Shown piece by piece: positions 14,938-27,200 of a DNA stretch of 54,885 bases (the first letter of the stretch is position 1; every line of letters starts with the position of its first letter). Where the stretch lies: contig NC_068991.1 of assembly GCF_001194135.2 (NCBI RefSeq), forward strand, positions 40,782,461 through 40,837,345, in the 5' to 3' direction. Source of the DNA: Octopus bimaculoides. Its lineage: Eukaryota. The notes beneath the pieces are model-generated. The model searched no databases. It was not told the DNA's origin and worked only from the letters and a program-made list of their open reading frames with translations. The translations under genes and the position numbers were made by a program.

Positions 14938-16244
14938 TCATTGTAAAATGCAGTCCTCAATATGCAATGCCTAAGAGAAGATTAGGACAGCTCTGGCCAG
15001 AAAAGCTTTGACCATAGTTCTCCTCTAGTGTTGAAAAACAACAAAAACAACCAGTCATAAAAGTCTTGCATAGACACAGATTCTAGTCTCTTCTGGTTAT
15101 GTATATCTTGGTTGTAATGTGTTAGGAGGCTGATAGATTGCTTAGAGAAGTTTCTAGCATTGAATTGAATGTAGCTTTCATCAGGCTATCATGTCCAACA
15201 TGCAAATCTCCAAACTAAACTGCATGCATACTAGCTCCTCTGTTTCTTGGGTCAAAAGTTTCCTGTTAGATTACTCTATCAGAACATGTACTGGTGAAGC
15301 TGATCCTCTCTGTCAAATTTAGTGAACCAAAATTAAGTAATATCTCCAAACTTTTCCTTTTCTACTACAACAATCTACTTACCATCACCTTCAGTTCAAA
15401 TAACTTCATCTTTCATTCTTACCTAATATTTGCATATCATAAGTGTTGTTCACATGCAACTTAAGACACCTCATGAAAAGCCCACAATGCTTCCATGAAC
15501 AAAAACTATGCAAACATTCGCCAATGGAACAGCCAATCCATCTTGTTACTTTCAACAACATAAAGTACACAATAAAGAAACTTGCTTGAATCTTACCACA
15601 TCTACTCAGTGACATTATGGACAATCAAAGTTATTACAACTATAAGGCTTCACAATCACCAGTGGTCTATTCTGGTGGTTCCACATCCACAACATAGCAA
15701 AAATTACATCCTAAAGACTGGCCTTCCTCTTTAGGGTCAGAAAATACATCAACTTCCAACAGTTTTTAACTTTCTTCTAAATTTAAATGAGACCCACAAT
15801 AGAAAACTGTTCTCATATCTAGGATTATACTGCTATACATTTGGACATCCTACACCACATTGTTAAAAAGGCTGCTAGGCAGATTTGTAAAGAGTTGCTT
15901 GACAATGCATGCCAACCTCCAGCCCAAATGTGGTATTGCATCACTCTGCCTTTTCTACTGACACTACACTGACCTCAGCATTGCAGAGTTGGATGGTATT
16001 GTGTCACTTACACCAGGTGCACACATTGTTCATATTCTAACTCCTCACAGCTCCAATCCTGTACACTAACCACTATACTGAATCCTTCTTTATAGCTAGT
16101 GTCGTGTCTGTTGAAAGTGAAAAAATATCTTCTGATAGGAAGAAAGAAATCATTAAACTCATTGATGATCAAGAAAAGAAAAAGAGAAATCTTGTGTTGA
16201 AATCGAAAGTTCTGGAGCTTCTTCTGTGGAATATATGGAATATA

Positions 16245-16425
16245 TGAGGACTGTATTTTACAATGATGTCATATCCTTAAGCCTCCAATATCGTAGTACA
16301 GTTGAGATTGTCGATGATAGATAAAGAATACACTGTAAAAGTGTTATAACAACACAAATAGAAACAGTGACAGTAACAAACGCTTAACGAACCAACCATC
16401 AATATTTCCAACACACTAACTCAAA
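16245..16425 (-). repeat. Inverted copy of 14779-14959 (3' LTR end plus 22 nt of flank)
   Basis: The reverse complement aligns by eye across 181 nt, including the LTR/TSD junction. Confidence 0.85.
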
Positions 16426-17999
16426 AATGTATCTAAACTAACATTACAGGAATCCAGTTTAGCTTCTGTCCCTTTGAAAACTGCTGCTGCTGCTGATGAT
16501 GATGATGATAGTGGTGATGACAAGAAGGAGGAGGATGTGAGCATTAGTTCATTGAAATCCAGAAACACACTTGTTTGAAGCCTGTAGCACAACCTATGGA
16601 AGAAAGCTCATTAAAATCTAATGAAGAACCTTTGAAGATGGAAAGAATCTCAAACTTGATGTCAACAGAGAATGTTCTGACAAAGGTTGGTTCCATTTAA
16701 AACAAATTCTTGACAAAGCAGAACACAGTGCAGGTAGTAATTAAAGAAAACAGTCGTTCTGAGAAACTTATCGTTAAATCAACTGAAAGTACATCTGAGA
16801 TGTTATCAGAGTTGCAGATCAAACTTTCACTAGAAGTTGACCCTAAATCTGCATCTGAGTCTCTGCCCAATCCTCATTACCCAAGAATAAATTACCAGAA
16901 GCTTCAGCAAGGTCTTCATCAAAGTCACCAAACAAAACTTCATTAGAAACCCTTCCAAGACCTTGTCAGAGGCCCCCAACCAAGTCTTCATTGTAGGTCC
17001 CTGCCAAATACTTGTCAAGGGAGCCAGCCAAGTCCTTCTCTGAAGATCCGACCAAATCCACTTCAGAGATCTCTATCAAACCCTTATCAGAGACCCCAAC
17101 CAAGTCCTGATCTGAGACTCCAACCAGTGGCCACCAGAAGCTACATCTAAAACATTGATGGAAGCGCAAGCCAAAGAAGCAAGATACTTCATCCCACATT
17201 GTTCTGTGATCACTTCAATTCTTGACATGTACAATGTACACCTGTTCAGTCTGTCGATTTGATGTGGGGAGTGAGTTAATGTACAGTACATATAGTTCAT
17301 CAATATAAACAAATTTCCACAGGTTGTTCAGCAGCAGAACCATCTTTCTCAGACAAGAGACTACCATCATATGTATACACACACACAAACATGGACAAAT
17401 GTGTACAGCTTCACTCTAACACATATATACATATATATATAGGCATGTATGTGTGTTTGTGTGCTTATATGAGTGTGTGGCTATTGTTTATTGTTTTTCT
17501 TTCTCTTGGCACATATTAAGTGATAAGAGTAATTATTAAGCAACATTTTGTTTTACTGTGAACACGTGTTGCCATCATCATAGCCTGCCACCACTACTGT
17601 TGTAATGACATGCACAACCTGTGTATCACCTTTATTACTTAATAACTATGTCTTGTGATATGCGGTCTATGTGATATGGAAAGATGGCTCATCTGGAAAG
17701 GCAGTTTAGACCCCACCACATGTCTAAATTCAAAGACTGAACTTTTCGGATCATGTCCACATGTAGCCAAATATTTGCTACGTTTTTGGTCCCCCTGAGT
17801 TTTACTGATAGGACTTGCTTTCTATTTTGTGTCTATCTATAAGCTTTTTATCTCTCTATAGTTATTACTTACATTTCTTATATATTTTTAAATATTTTTA
17901 TTGATAGGATTGTACTGATAGGTTTCTATATTGTGCCTATGTATAAGCTTTTCACCTTTTTTACTTGGATTTTATATTTTTATATTTTTTAATATTTTT

Positions 18000-18517
18000 N
18001 NNNNNNNNNNNNNNNNNNNNNNNNNNNNNNNNNNNNNNNNNNNNNNNNNNNNNNNNNNNNNNNNNNNNNNNNNNNNNNNNNNNNNNNNNNNNNNNNNNNN
18101 NNNNNNNNNNNNNNNNNNNNNNNNNNNNNNNNNNNNNNNNNNNNNNNNNNNNNNNNNNNNNNNNNNNNNNNNNNNNNNNNNNNNNNNNNNNNNNNNNNNN
18201 NNNNNNNNNNNNNNNNNNNNNNNNNNNNNNNNNNNNNNNNNNNNNNNNNNNNNNNNNNNNNNNNNNNNNNNNNNNNNNNNNNNNNNNNNNNNNNNNNNNN
18301 NNNNNNNNNNNNNNNNNNNNNNNNNNNNNNNNNNNNNNNNNNNNNNNNNNNNNNNNNNNNNNNNNNNNNNNNNNNNNNNNNNNNNNNNNNNNNNNNNNNN
18401 NNNNNNNNNNNNNNNNNNNNNNNNNNNNNNNNNNNNNNNNNNNNNNNNNNNNNNNNNNNNNNNNNNNNNNNNNNNNNNNNNNNNNNNNNNNNNNNNNNNN
18501 NNNNNNNNNNNNNNNNN
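18000..18517. other. Assembly gap (N run). Other gaps at 23886-23985, 32968-32977, 36104-36767, 50772-50967
   Basis: Seen directly. Confidence 1.
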
Positions 18518-18781
18518 ACAAATTTTTCTCTAAACGCTGGTTTTTTGTTCTAGGTGTGCCATAAATATCGCCATCCGTTTAGAGAAAAATTTGTAGTTTA
18601 GAATCAGTAGTTCTTTGACTGCTATTTCTAAATTTTCAGTATGTTGGAGAAGCAACTCAATGCTAATCCCTGTATATTTATGATGATAAATGGTTTTACC
18701 GCTAAAGGTTTTTTCATACTGAACTACTTGGCAAAATTGTTAATTCTATTATTAATTGACGATTCCCTGCCCTTATTCTTG

Positions 18782-18818
<37 letters not shown>

Positions 18819-19239
18819 GTGTATGTGTGTCTATGTATGTATGTATATGTGTCAGCGTATTTGTTTGCATATGTGTTCCATGAAAGTTGTGAGCTGTGAA
18901 CAGTGTTGTTGGCACTGCTGTCAACAAATCATCAACTCACTTCACACAAAGACATCTAAATTATGGGATCCTTTTCTTGAAACCTGGAATGCTTCAGTGA
19001 CAGGAAGGGTATCCAGCTGTAAAACAATGTCTCAATAATATATACATCGATACATGCTAGTAGAAAAAACATACGTAAAAATGAATAACAAAAGCATATA
19101 TGAAGGTAAGTCAATAATTGCACACATTCTTGTTTCTGTAATTTATTAAAACAAAAGCACGGCATTGAACAGTTACATAACTTTTTGTCATTGTCTACTT
19201 GCTTTTTGATGCACTTCTTCAAGCAACCAACACCCATCT

Positions 19240-20170
19240 CACACAGACTTTGCAGATGTGAAGCTTATCAAGGATGATTTTGTATGCAGAACCATGACTA
19301 ATTTGCATAAAACATGCCACCTCATCAATGGAAAAGGTTTTCAGCTGCTCATGCAGCTTTTTATGCACTGCTTTCTGAGCTTTTTCATAAAGGAAGTTTG
19401 AGCAGTCAAAAGAGGTGATAGTCAGAAGGGGTGAGATCTGGACAGTATGCAGTGTTTCAGTACCTCGAAACCCAATTTTTCAATGGTTTCAATGGTGTGG
19501 CATGCATAGTTGTGCAACAATAACACTTACTTTGACAATAGACCTTGGTGTTTGGTGCAAATTACTTGTTTTAGTTTGTTGGCCAACCCTTCACTAGTGG
19601 CTGTAGACCCCCTTTTCCAGATAATGTTCCAGTATAGGCCCTTGTGTATCCCAAAAAACTTATCACTTTTCCTGTTATCTCGAATTTCTTTTTCACTGGC
19701 GATTGCAAGTGTTTTTACTCCATGATCTGCCTTTTGGATTTTAGCTTGAAATGATGAACCCAGGTCTCATTTCCTGTGACTATTTTCTCCTAAAACAGTT
19801 TTGCCTTCATCACTGTAGTGGTCAACTAAGCATTGATAGATCTCCACACAGTTGTACTTATGCATTTCAGTAAGTTCTCTCTTGGTACTCATCTTGCACA
19901 TACATTGCAGAGGTGAAATCTGTCAAGGATGATTTTGTATGCAGAACCATGAATAATTTGCAGAGAATATACCATCTCATCAATGGTCACTCACTGGTTT
20001 GCCAGAACCATCCCTTGAAAGTGTTGAATTTTCATGTCAGTGGTGGAGGCTGGTGGGCATCCTGCTCCCTCAGCCATTTTTAGACAGTGCAGAACAAAAA
20101 AGAACAATGGAGTTTCCTGATGGAAAATTTCATGGTTTGTTGATTACTCAATAGAAAAGACATACCCAGT
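19240..20170 (-). mobile_element. Degenerate mariner-like transposase remnant
   Basis: The minus strand gives VTGNETWVH- and GSAYKIILDRFHLC-like segments, with an 80-bp internal duplication (19252-19331 vs 19907-19986). Confidence 0.7.
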
Positions 20171-20924
20171 ATCTTTCCCCCATCAAGAGCATGAGATATT
20201 TAGCATGTAAAGCAGTAATAGATTGTGCTAATACAGAAGAGGATAGCTTAGTTTGCATAATAGTACTTCAGATAGATTTTCATTAATTAAACAATATAGA
20301 TGATGCACAACACAGCATGAATTAGAAAAACTGAAATAAAACCTTAAATATTAGAATGCTTAGCTGTGAAGGTATAAGACTGTAAACACATTCATTCTAT
20401 TCTTTTGATGTGAAAAAAGAAGTTTGCGTGATAGACCATTTTCATGGTTTTTCTTCATTACTCCTTATAGAAGACACACCTGGTTTCCTTCTCCAATGTT
20501 GTTTCCCATAAAAGCATCATTCAGTTGTTTTTGTTACACACTGTCTTATTTAGGATCATATATATGTATTCCTTGATGTGAATATCTGTGCATATTAAGA
20601 AAATATATACAACTTTGACAACATAGTTATAAGTTGCCAATAACAGATCATGTATAAACTTTTGTCATGTTAATAAGCATGGGGATTTACTCAAGTGACA
20701 TCAAAAAGACAGTTCTTCCAGCCATCACAGGACGTTTTATATCTAATACAAAATAACTCAACAATTTAAGAGAAAAAGTTGGACATAAAGTTGGAATAAG
20801 TTTGTATCACTTTTCAAGTGGCATTTAAACAAGGTGATTTTGTTTCTCATGTGATAGAAGCATATGACATATATATATTTTCTGAAAGGTAACGTTTCAA
20901 CAAGTCACTATATGATTACTGTGG

Positions 20925-21180
20925 GAATAGTTTATTACTGGAAAGTGGCTGAATGGATTTTCACCAAATTTGGCAGAAATACTCATTGGTTGAGAGGCTT
21001 GAACTCATAAAATTTTGGCGGACTGGTGAATCAAAATGCGTTTTTTTCTGTTACATATTGTATAAATACGTAGGGGAAATAACTCTTGATGTAATTTTGT
21101 TGAAATATGAATTCTTCTGAGAATATATTTATTAAATTAAATTTTATTTTAACCCTGTGTGCGCGCAGGATATGCATAGT
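20925..21180 (+). mobile_element. Possible Helentron/DINE-like non-autonomous element
   Basis: GGATTTTCACCAAATTTGG internal motif and a GC-rich GTGCGCGCAG...TAGT end; resemblance only. Confidence 0.3.
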
Positions 21181-21229
21181 CTCTATGATACTTTTTTTTT
21201 CATTTCTACTGTTTTTACATTAAAAATAA

Positions 21230-22160
21230 AAATGGAAGAATACGAGATGCAGTTTCATCATTTGATACTCTTTTCTTCCAGAAAGGAGGAAAATGCTATG
21301 TACAATTTATGGAGATAGTACCATAGCTGAGAGGACTGTTTGTAAGGGTTAGGGTTAGGGTTAACATCATGAAGTTAAGGAGTGAAAATTTTGAACTGGA
21401 AGACCATGAACATCCTGGCATTGATGACAACCAAATTGTAAATGCGTCATAACGCATTTACAACTATTTGGGTACCCAAATTGCTGATATTTGGGTGCCT
21501 CATAATCTAATGGACTGCATTTCCATCTTAGATTCTCTGCTCAAACTCAACAAAAATTAAACATTTTTGAATAGAACAATCGCATGTGATGAAAAATGGA
21601 TTATTTACAACAATGTACAGCAAACAAAGTTCATCAGAAAACAAAATGAACCACCTTTAATCACTCCAGAAGCTGGTAGTATCTGAAGAAGTTGATGCTT
21701 AGTATCAGGAGGCATTGGAAGGGTATTGTGTATTACATGCTCATGCAAATTCAGCTGTTTAATTCAGACAATTATTGTTTCCAATCAGACCAATTAAAGG
21801 ATGCAATTGATGAAAAGCATCCAGAATTGGTCAATCAGAAGGGTGTCGTCTTCATTCAGGACACCACTAGATTTCATGAATCCTTGCAGAACCAGCAGAA
21901 ATTGGTACAGCTTGGTTGGGATGCCCTACCACATCCACTGTATTCACTTGATCTTGCAACTTCAGATTACTATTTATTTCAAACCCTACAAAATTCTCTT
22001 AATGGGAAAGACTTCGATTCTTTGGAAGTTTGTAAAAACCACTTAGAACAGTCCATGATTCAGAAAGATGCCAAGTTTTGAGAGAATGGGATCATAAGGC
22101 TGCCTTAAATATGGCAAAAGGTAATGGAACAAAACGTGACATATGTGGTTGAATAAATGT
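21230..22160 (+). mobile_element. Degenerate mariner (DD34D) transposase
   Basis: IACDEKWIIY, FIQD...HPLYSLDLATSDYYLF; 34 residues counted between the second and third Asp. Confidence 0.88.
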
Positions 22161-22617
22161 ACATATATCTAAATAATGTTTTTGAATTTTACTTAAAAAA
22201 CTTCAGACTCTTGTTCCAAATAAGATTAGATCAAAAAAACTCTGATCACCAAATTGTATTTTTATAGAAGTACAAAATCAGGTCTCATCGTAAAAATGAG
22301 GACAAGTATAGAAATTTAAAACAGCCAAGTATTTGAAATGCATTACAAATGTAAAGGAAATTTAACTAGGAACTAAAATGGGATTGCAGTACTTACACTA
22401 GAGCAACACCATTATTCAAGTGAAATAATGCCACATCAAAAACAGAAATGCAGTAAGATAATCAGGTTTTATCCATGAGAAAACATATGAAAGAAAAACT
22501 TCAACAAAATCGACATTGTTTAACACTTTTAATGATTCATGGTTGATGAAAATAGAGATAACACAATATTCATGTTACTGCATTTTCAGTTGGTAAACTG
22601 AAGGAATAAACATATTT

Positions 22618-22715
22618 TCAAATTGCTGAACATGATTTAGGGTTGGGAACCTCACATTTACATTTGTCCTCCTCTGGAACATCTTTCATCACACTTTCAA
22701 TGTGCTTCCCACAAC
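22618..22715 (-). CDS. 48-aa Cys/His-rich microprotein, coding exon 2 (G-CGKHIESVMKDVPEEDKCKCEVPNPKSCSAI*)
   Basis: Pyrimidine-rich acceptor ttttacatttcag|GT TGT GGG AAG CAC; TGA at 22618-22620; ATTAAA about 85 nt downstream (22528-22533). Joined CDS is 49+98=147 nt = 48 aa + stop. Confidence 0.85.
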
Positions 22716-23709
22716 CTGAAATGTAAAATATATAGAACTTCAACCACCAATTTCTTTTGTTAAAGTACAAGAGATTGATTTTAGGACAAGAGGCATGTAG
22801 CTGAATCAAATAAACTATGTTAATAACAATATTAATAACACTTATTTTATCAACACTTGGGCTAAGAAATGAAAAGGGTTGAAAGATAGGGTACCTCTAC
22901 CTCCTCTTCCTCTCTCTCATCTTCTTGGCCACCCCGTACACAATTCTTAGACACCATACACATATGCACCTTACTTTATGCTATAGTCAATCCTGACCCC
23001 CCCCCCCCCACTCTATCTACCTCACTTTCTATTTCTTTTCTTTTTTTGTTTACTTTCACCAATTAATAGCCACCTCCGCTACCATTCTGTTATTGAACGT
23101 TGATATGTTCGCATCTTTTTCTTGGGATGTCTACTATATCAGGACTTTAACCCACATGGATATACACAGGGTTTCACCTAAAGACTTACACTCATAGATC
23201 TATGCAGCATTGTACCTAAGGACTCATTCTCTGGTGTCTATAACTTCAGAAAGTTGAACTATGAACTTTTATGCTTCTTTGTTCTTCTCGCTTTCCATCT
23301 CATTCTTTTACACCCTTCCTCTATGTTGTCGTCTTATTGATATATACCATTTTCATCCCCCCCTATTTCTCTGTGATGACAGAATATCCCATATCTGGGG
23401 GATATCCCAGAAACAGCTGTATGATTTTGAATTTGTTGTTATAATAATATTGTATATGACTTGAGATGTTTGCCTTGCCTTAATGTTTGACATCCTGTTT
23501 AACAATTATACATCTGTTGCATCGGAAATCTGCAATGGCTCAATAATTACTATCTTGGCTATAACCTTGGAGCCTCAGTAATCCATTAAAGCACTTACCT
23601 AGCATATCTAATCACTGGGAGTTTGGATCACCAGTGAACTAAACCCCCATACATTGTACACATATGTGTGTGTATAAATATATATGTGTGTGTGTGTGTG
23701 TGTATACAT

Positions 23710-23746
<37 letters not shown>

Positions 23747-24039
23747 CATACATGTATTTACATATATATATATATATATATATATACATACATATATTTA
23801 TATATACATATATATATATACATATATATACATACATATACATGTGTATATATACATACATGTATTTATATATACATATATATATNNNNNNNNNNNNNNN
23901 NNNNNNNNNNNNNNNNNNNNNNNNNNNNNNNNNNNNNNNNNNNNNNNNNNNNNNNNNNNNNNNNNNNNNNNNNNNNNNNNNNNNNGCGGACGTTAAACGA
24001 TGATGATGATGATGATGATGATGATATATATTGAAGATT

Positions 24040-24590
24040 GCCTCCCAAGAATTAAAGAAATTCTCATGAAACTGGAACACCACATGAGCATATTTCTTAT
24101 GGGTGATTTCAACTTGCCCAACGTCAAATAGCCTGAAGGTCTCATACTCTCAGGAATGACTCATTGCAAGCAAGCATAGGGAGTCCCTGCTCAACCTCAC
24201 CAATGCCCTATTCATGGAGCAAGCTGTACTCAGATCAACTAGGGTGAAAAACATTCTGGATCTCTGCTTCACAAACAATATGGACATTATTCATGATGTG
24301 AAAGTGACACCGACATTAGTCTCGGATCACAACATAATAGAGCTGTCTATGTTTGGACCGAAAGTAACCAGAGACATACAGCCTAAAGGAAGCACCCAAA
24401 ATCTCTCCAATCTGAATTCCACAAAGCAGACTGGAAATCGATCCAGAAAGAGATCCTCAGGGAGGATTGGCCAAAATGTCTCTCCACACCAGATATTGAC
24501 ATGAAATTAGAATGTTTCATGTCTATTGTGCAAGCGATATGCCAGAAATATGTTCCAGAGCACAAGGCCAAAACAGATAGGAACACGATT
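24040..24590 (+). mobile_element. APE-endonuclease fragment of a CR1/L2/jockey-type LINE
   Basis: MGDFNLP and TRVKNILDLCFTNN...VSDHNIIEL endonuclease motifs. Confidence 0.75.
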
Positions 24591-24649
24591 CCAAGAGAGT
24601 ATTGTAAAGCGTCTCTATGTAGCCCTTTATGAGTAATAAAAAAACAAGT

Positions 24650-27195
24650 ATGATGGCAGCCTTTCTGTTTTTCCACAGTTTGGCCTGGTCTTGGCTTCCT
24701 TAAGTGGATAATGGAATTGTATGAAAACATTGACTCTATCATTCAGGTGAACGGTTTTCTATTGAGACCGTTCTGTATCAAACACTCGGTTCGCCAAGGG
24801 TATCCACTCTCACTGCTTTTATATGTGATGGCTCTTGAGCCATTACTGCGAAGATTGAGTGGCACCCCGAGAGAGTCAGGATGTGGAGAGTTGGTTTCAG
24901 CTTATGCGGATGACATCACCATCAGCGTGACCAAAATGCAACACTTACAGGAGGTAGGCAAGGCCATTGAGGTTTACGAGACGGTGGCAGGAGCAAAGAT
25001 TAACTGGGAAAAATCAGTTGGCTTGCAACTAGGCACCTGGAGGGACAAGTCGATATCTTCAGACAGCATCGTAGGACGTTGGATAGAGGGCCCAGTTAAG
25101 TTGCTAGGGTTCTGGTTTGGTCCAGACCTCCATGTAGAGAAGAACTGGGCTGAGGTTTTGAGCAGGGTGGCTCACATATTCAGAACCTGGTCTTGGTGGT
25201 GACTGTCCTTGAAAGGGAGGGCGGAGGTGGCCAATGTGTTCATCGTATTGGTCATTACCTACCGCCTAACCGTTGTTCTTTGCAGGATTCATGGTGATCA
25301 AGTTGGAAAGACAGCTCTTTCACTTTTTGTGGAAGGGCTTGAAGCCAGTTGTAAAACGTTCTATTTGCTGTCAAAGACTGTTAAAGGGAGGACTAGGGAT
25401 GCCTTGGCTGTGATGCGCAAACACACACTGAGGTTGTAACATCTCTGGATTCTTCTGGATGGTGAACAGGTGTGGTCTCCACTGGCGAAACAGACGTTTC
25501 CCTCATTCGCTAGTTTCAGTCGACAGGAAGCCTGGTGCTTTTGTAGATCTCGGTTGAGTGAATGGCATATGGAATATTGCAAGGCCCTCCTGCTATTCCA
25601 TCGCTCAGATAATGCCAGCGGTGGCAGGTCTACAGCATTTTTCTATAGAGGGTTGGTAGAGGCTGGATGTGATGATACCTGTGGTGGAGACCCTGGGGGA
25701 GACTCTGGGTCTCAGGTATATTCAACTTGACAACCTGTTTTCTCATACATTTGGGTTGAGGACATTAGATAACTTACAAAAGTCCTTGACCTGGCAATGT
25801 TACAGATGTGTCTTACCCGTTTGGGATAAGCTCCCAAGACATGGTCAATGTGACACGCCAACCTGCCCAAGATGTGAGCAGGATAGAGAAACTGTCCTGC
25901 ATGCTTTTGTTCAGTGTCCAGGGGTGTTGGAGATGTGGACTTATGCGGAACATCTGTTGTCTGGTACAGGAAGAATACAGCTATCGACTGAGTCAATTAT
26001 AAAAATTGATCCGCCTAATTTTCTGTCAAATGAAGGTAAGAATTGTTTTCTCATCATAGTAACAATAGCGAAAAAGTGGTATGGAAGACGAGGATGAAGG
26101 AAGGGCGTTCCTTCGATTTAACTTGACAAAACCAAAACAAACATTTGACTGTTTCCGTGACAACTCGACAATTCACTTCGGATATCTTCATGACAATTGC
26201 TGAAATGGAAAGAAGAGAAGAAAGCTAATGGGTTGTGTGTGCATGTTTGTTCTTGTCTGAGTGTGTGTGTGTGCTTGTTCTTGTCTCTGTGTGTGCGTGC
26301 TTGTTCTTGTCTGTGTGTAGACAAGAACAAGCATGCACACACACAGACAAGAACGAGCATGCACACACACAGACAAGAACAAGCATGCACACACACAAAC
26401 AAGAACAAGCACACAAACACTCAGACAAGAACAAACATGCACACACAACCCATTAGCGTTTTTCTCTTCCTCCCATTTTAGCAGCTGTCATGGAGGTTAT
26501 GAAGATATCCGAAGTGAATTGTCGAGTTGTCACGGAAACAGTCGAATGTTTGTTTTGGTTTTGTCAAGTTATATCGAAGGAATGCCGAAAGGAGTAATAA
26601 CAGGCAGCTTCATCTCTAGCCTTGCCTTACAAAGATATTTTACTTTTCACTTGAAAAATAAAAAAGAGCTAGAGAAGAGGTGTCTGTTGGAGAAAATGTT
26701 TAACGAAAGATGGAAATATGTAGCATGAGTGTTGCGAGTGGTTGTAACCATGTGAATATACCATAAAGTGTCTTAACCCTTTTGTTACTGTATTTATTTT
26801 GAGAGGCTCTGTGTTTCTTTCAATTACTTTAAATATAACAAAGGATTTAGTAAAATAACTTAGTTATCATTCAGCTAGTGTTAGGAACGTAAATTGTGAC
26901 TAAGATTTGGTGGAAGATTTTAATTCAAAACTTATGAAACCAAGACATTTGTACTCAGAGCTTGAGCCGGTTTCGGCCAGGTTGGTAATGAAAGGGTTAA
27001 AGGTATCAGTGGTGAATTGGGGCTCATGGGGTCGGAGCTGAAGCCAAACACCACTTCATCTCTGTTGTCATCATTTGTTGCATGTATTATATGTAATTTT
27101 TAACTGCATTTTTATATAAAATTTATTTCATTGTATCTGACCCCTCAGATTGTACCGTCCCCATCTATGTTGGCCCCTAGTGGATAATAAAGAAT
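24650..27195 (+). mobile_element. Tx1/L1-clade non-LTR retrotransposon copy A (RT and Cys-rich C-terminus, degenerate)
   Basis: VRQGYPLSLLLYVMALEPL, SAYADDITI, AKINWEKS and CPRCEQDRETVLHAFVQC. 3' UTR ends ATGTTGGCCCCTAGTGGATAATAAA. Confidence 0.9.
26104..26586. mobile_element. 483-bp foldback MITE inserted in Tx1 copy A
   Basis: The element is almost entirely palindromic (GGCGTTCCTTCGA...TCGAAGGAATGCC) with mirrored ~26-bp internal repeats. Degenerate 8-bp flanks GAAGGAAG/GAAAGGAG. Confidence 0.85.
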
Positions 27196-27200
27196 CAAGT

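Noticed and set aside
16900-17130. 24-bp periodic repeats as a CRISPR-like array
   Set aside because: Degenerate contiguous tandem units with no spacers, in eukaryotic DNA with no cas genes.
19252-19986. 80-bp direct repeats as LTRs
   Set aside because: They are duplicated mariner transposase coding sequence, with no TG/CA termini, PPT or TSD.
23628-24083. ORFs rich in YI/HT/CV, and ORFs crossing N runs (also 17931-18564, 36016-36815, 50584-51094, 4016-4201)
   Set aside because: Artefacts of (TA)n/(CA)n microsatellites and assembly gaps.
26118-26728. Cluster of overlapping 70-130-aa ORFs on both strands
   Set aside because: Produced by the palindromic minisatellite MITE.
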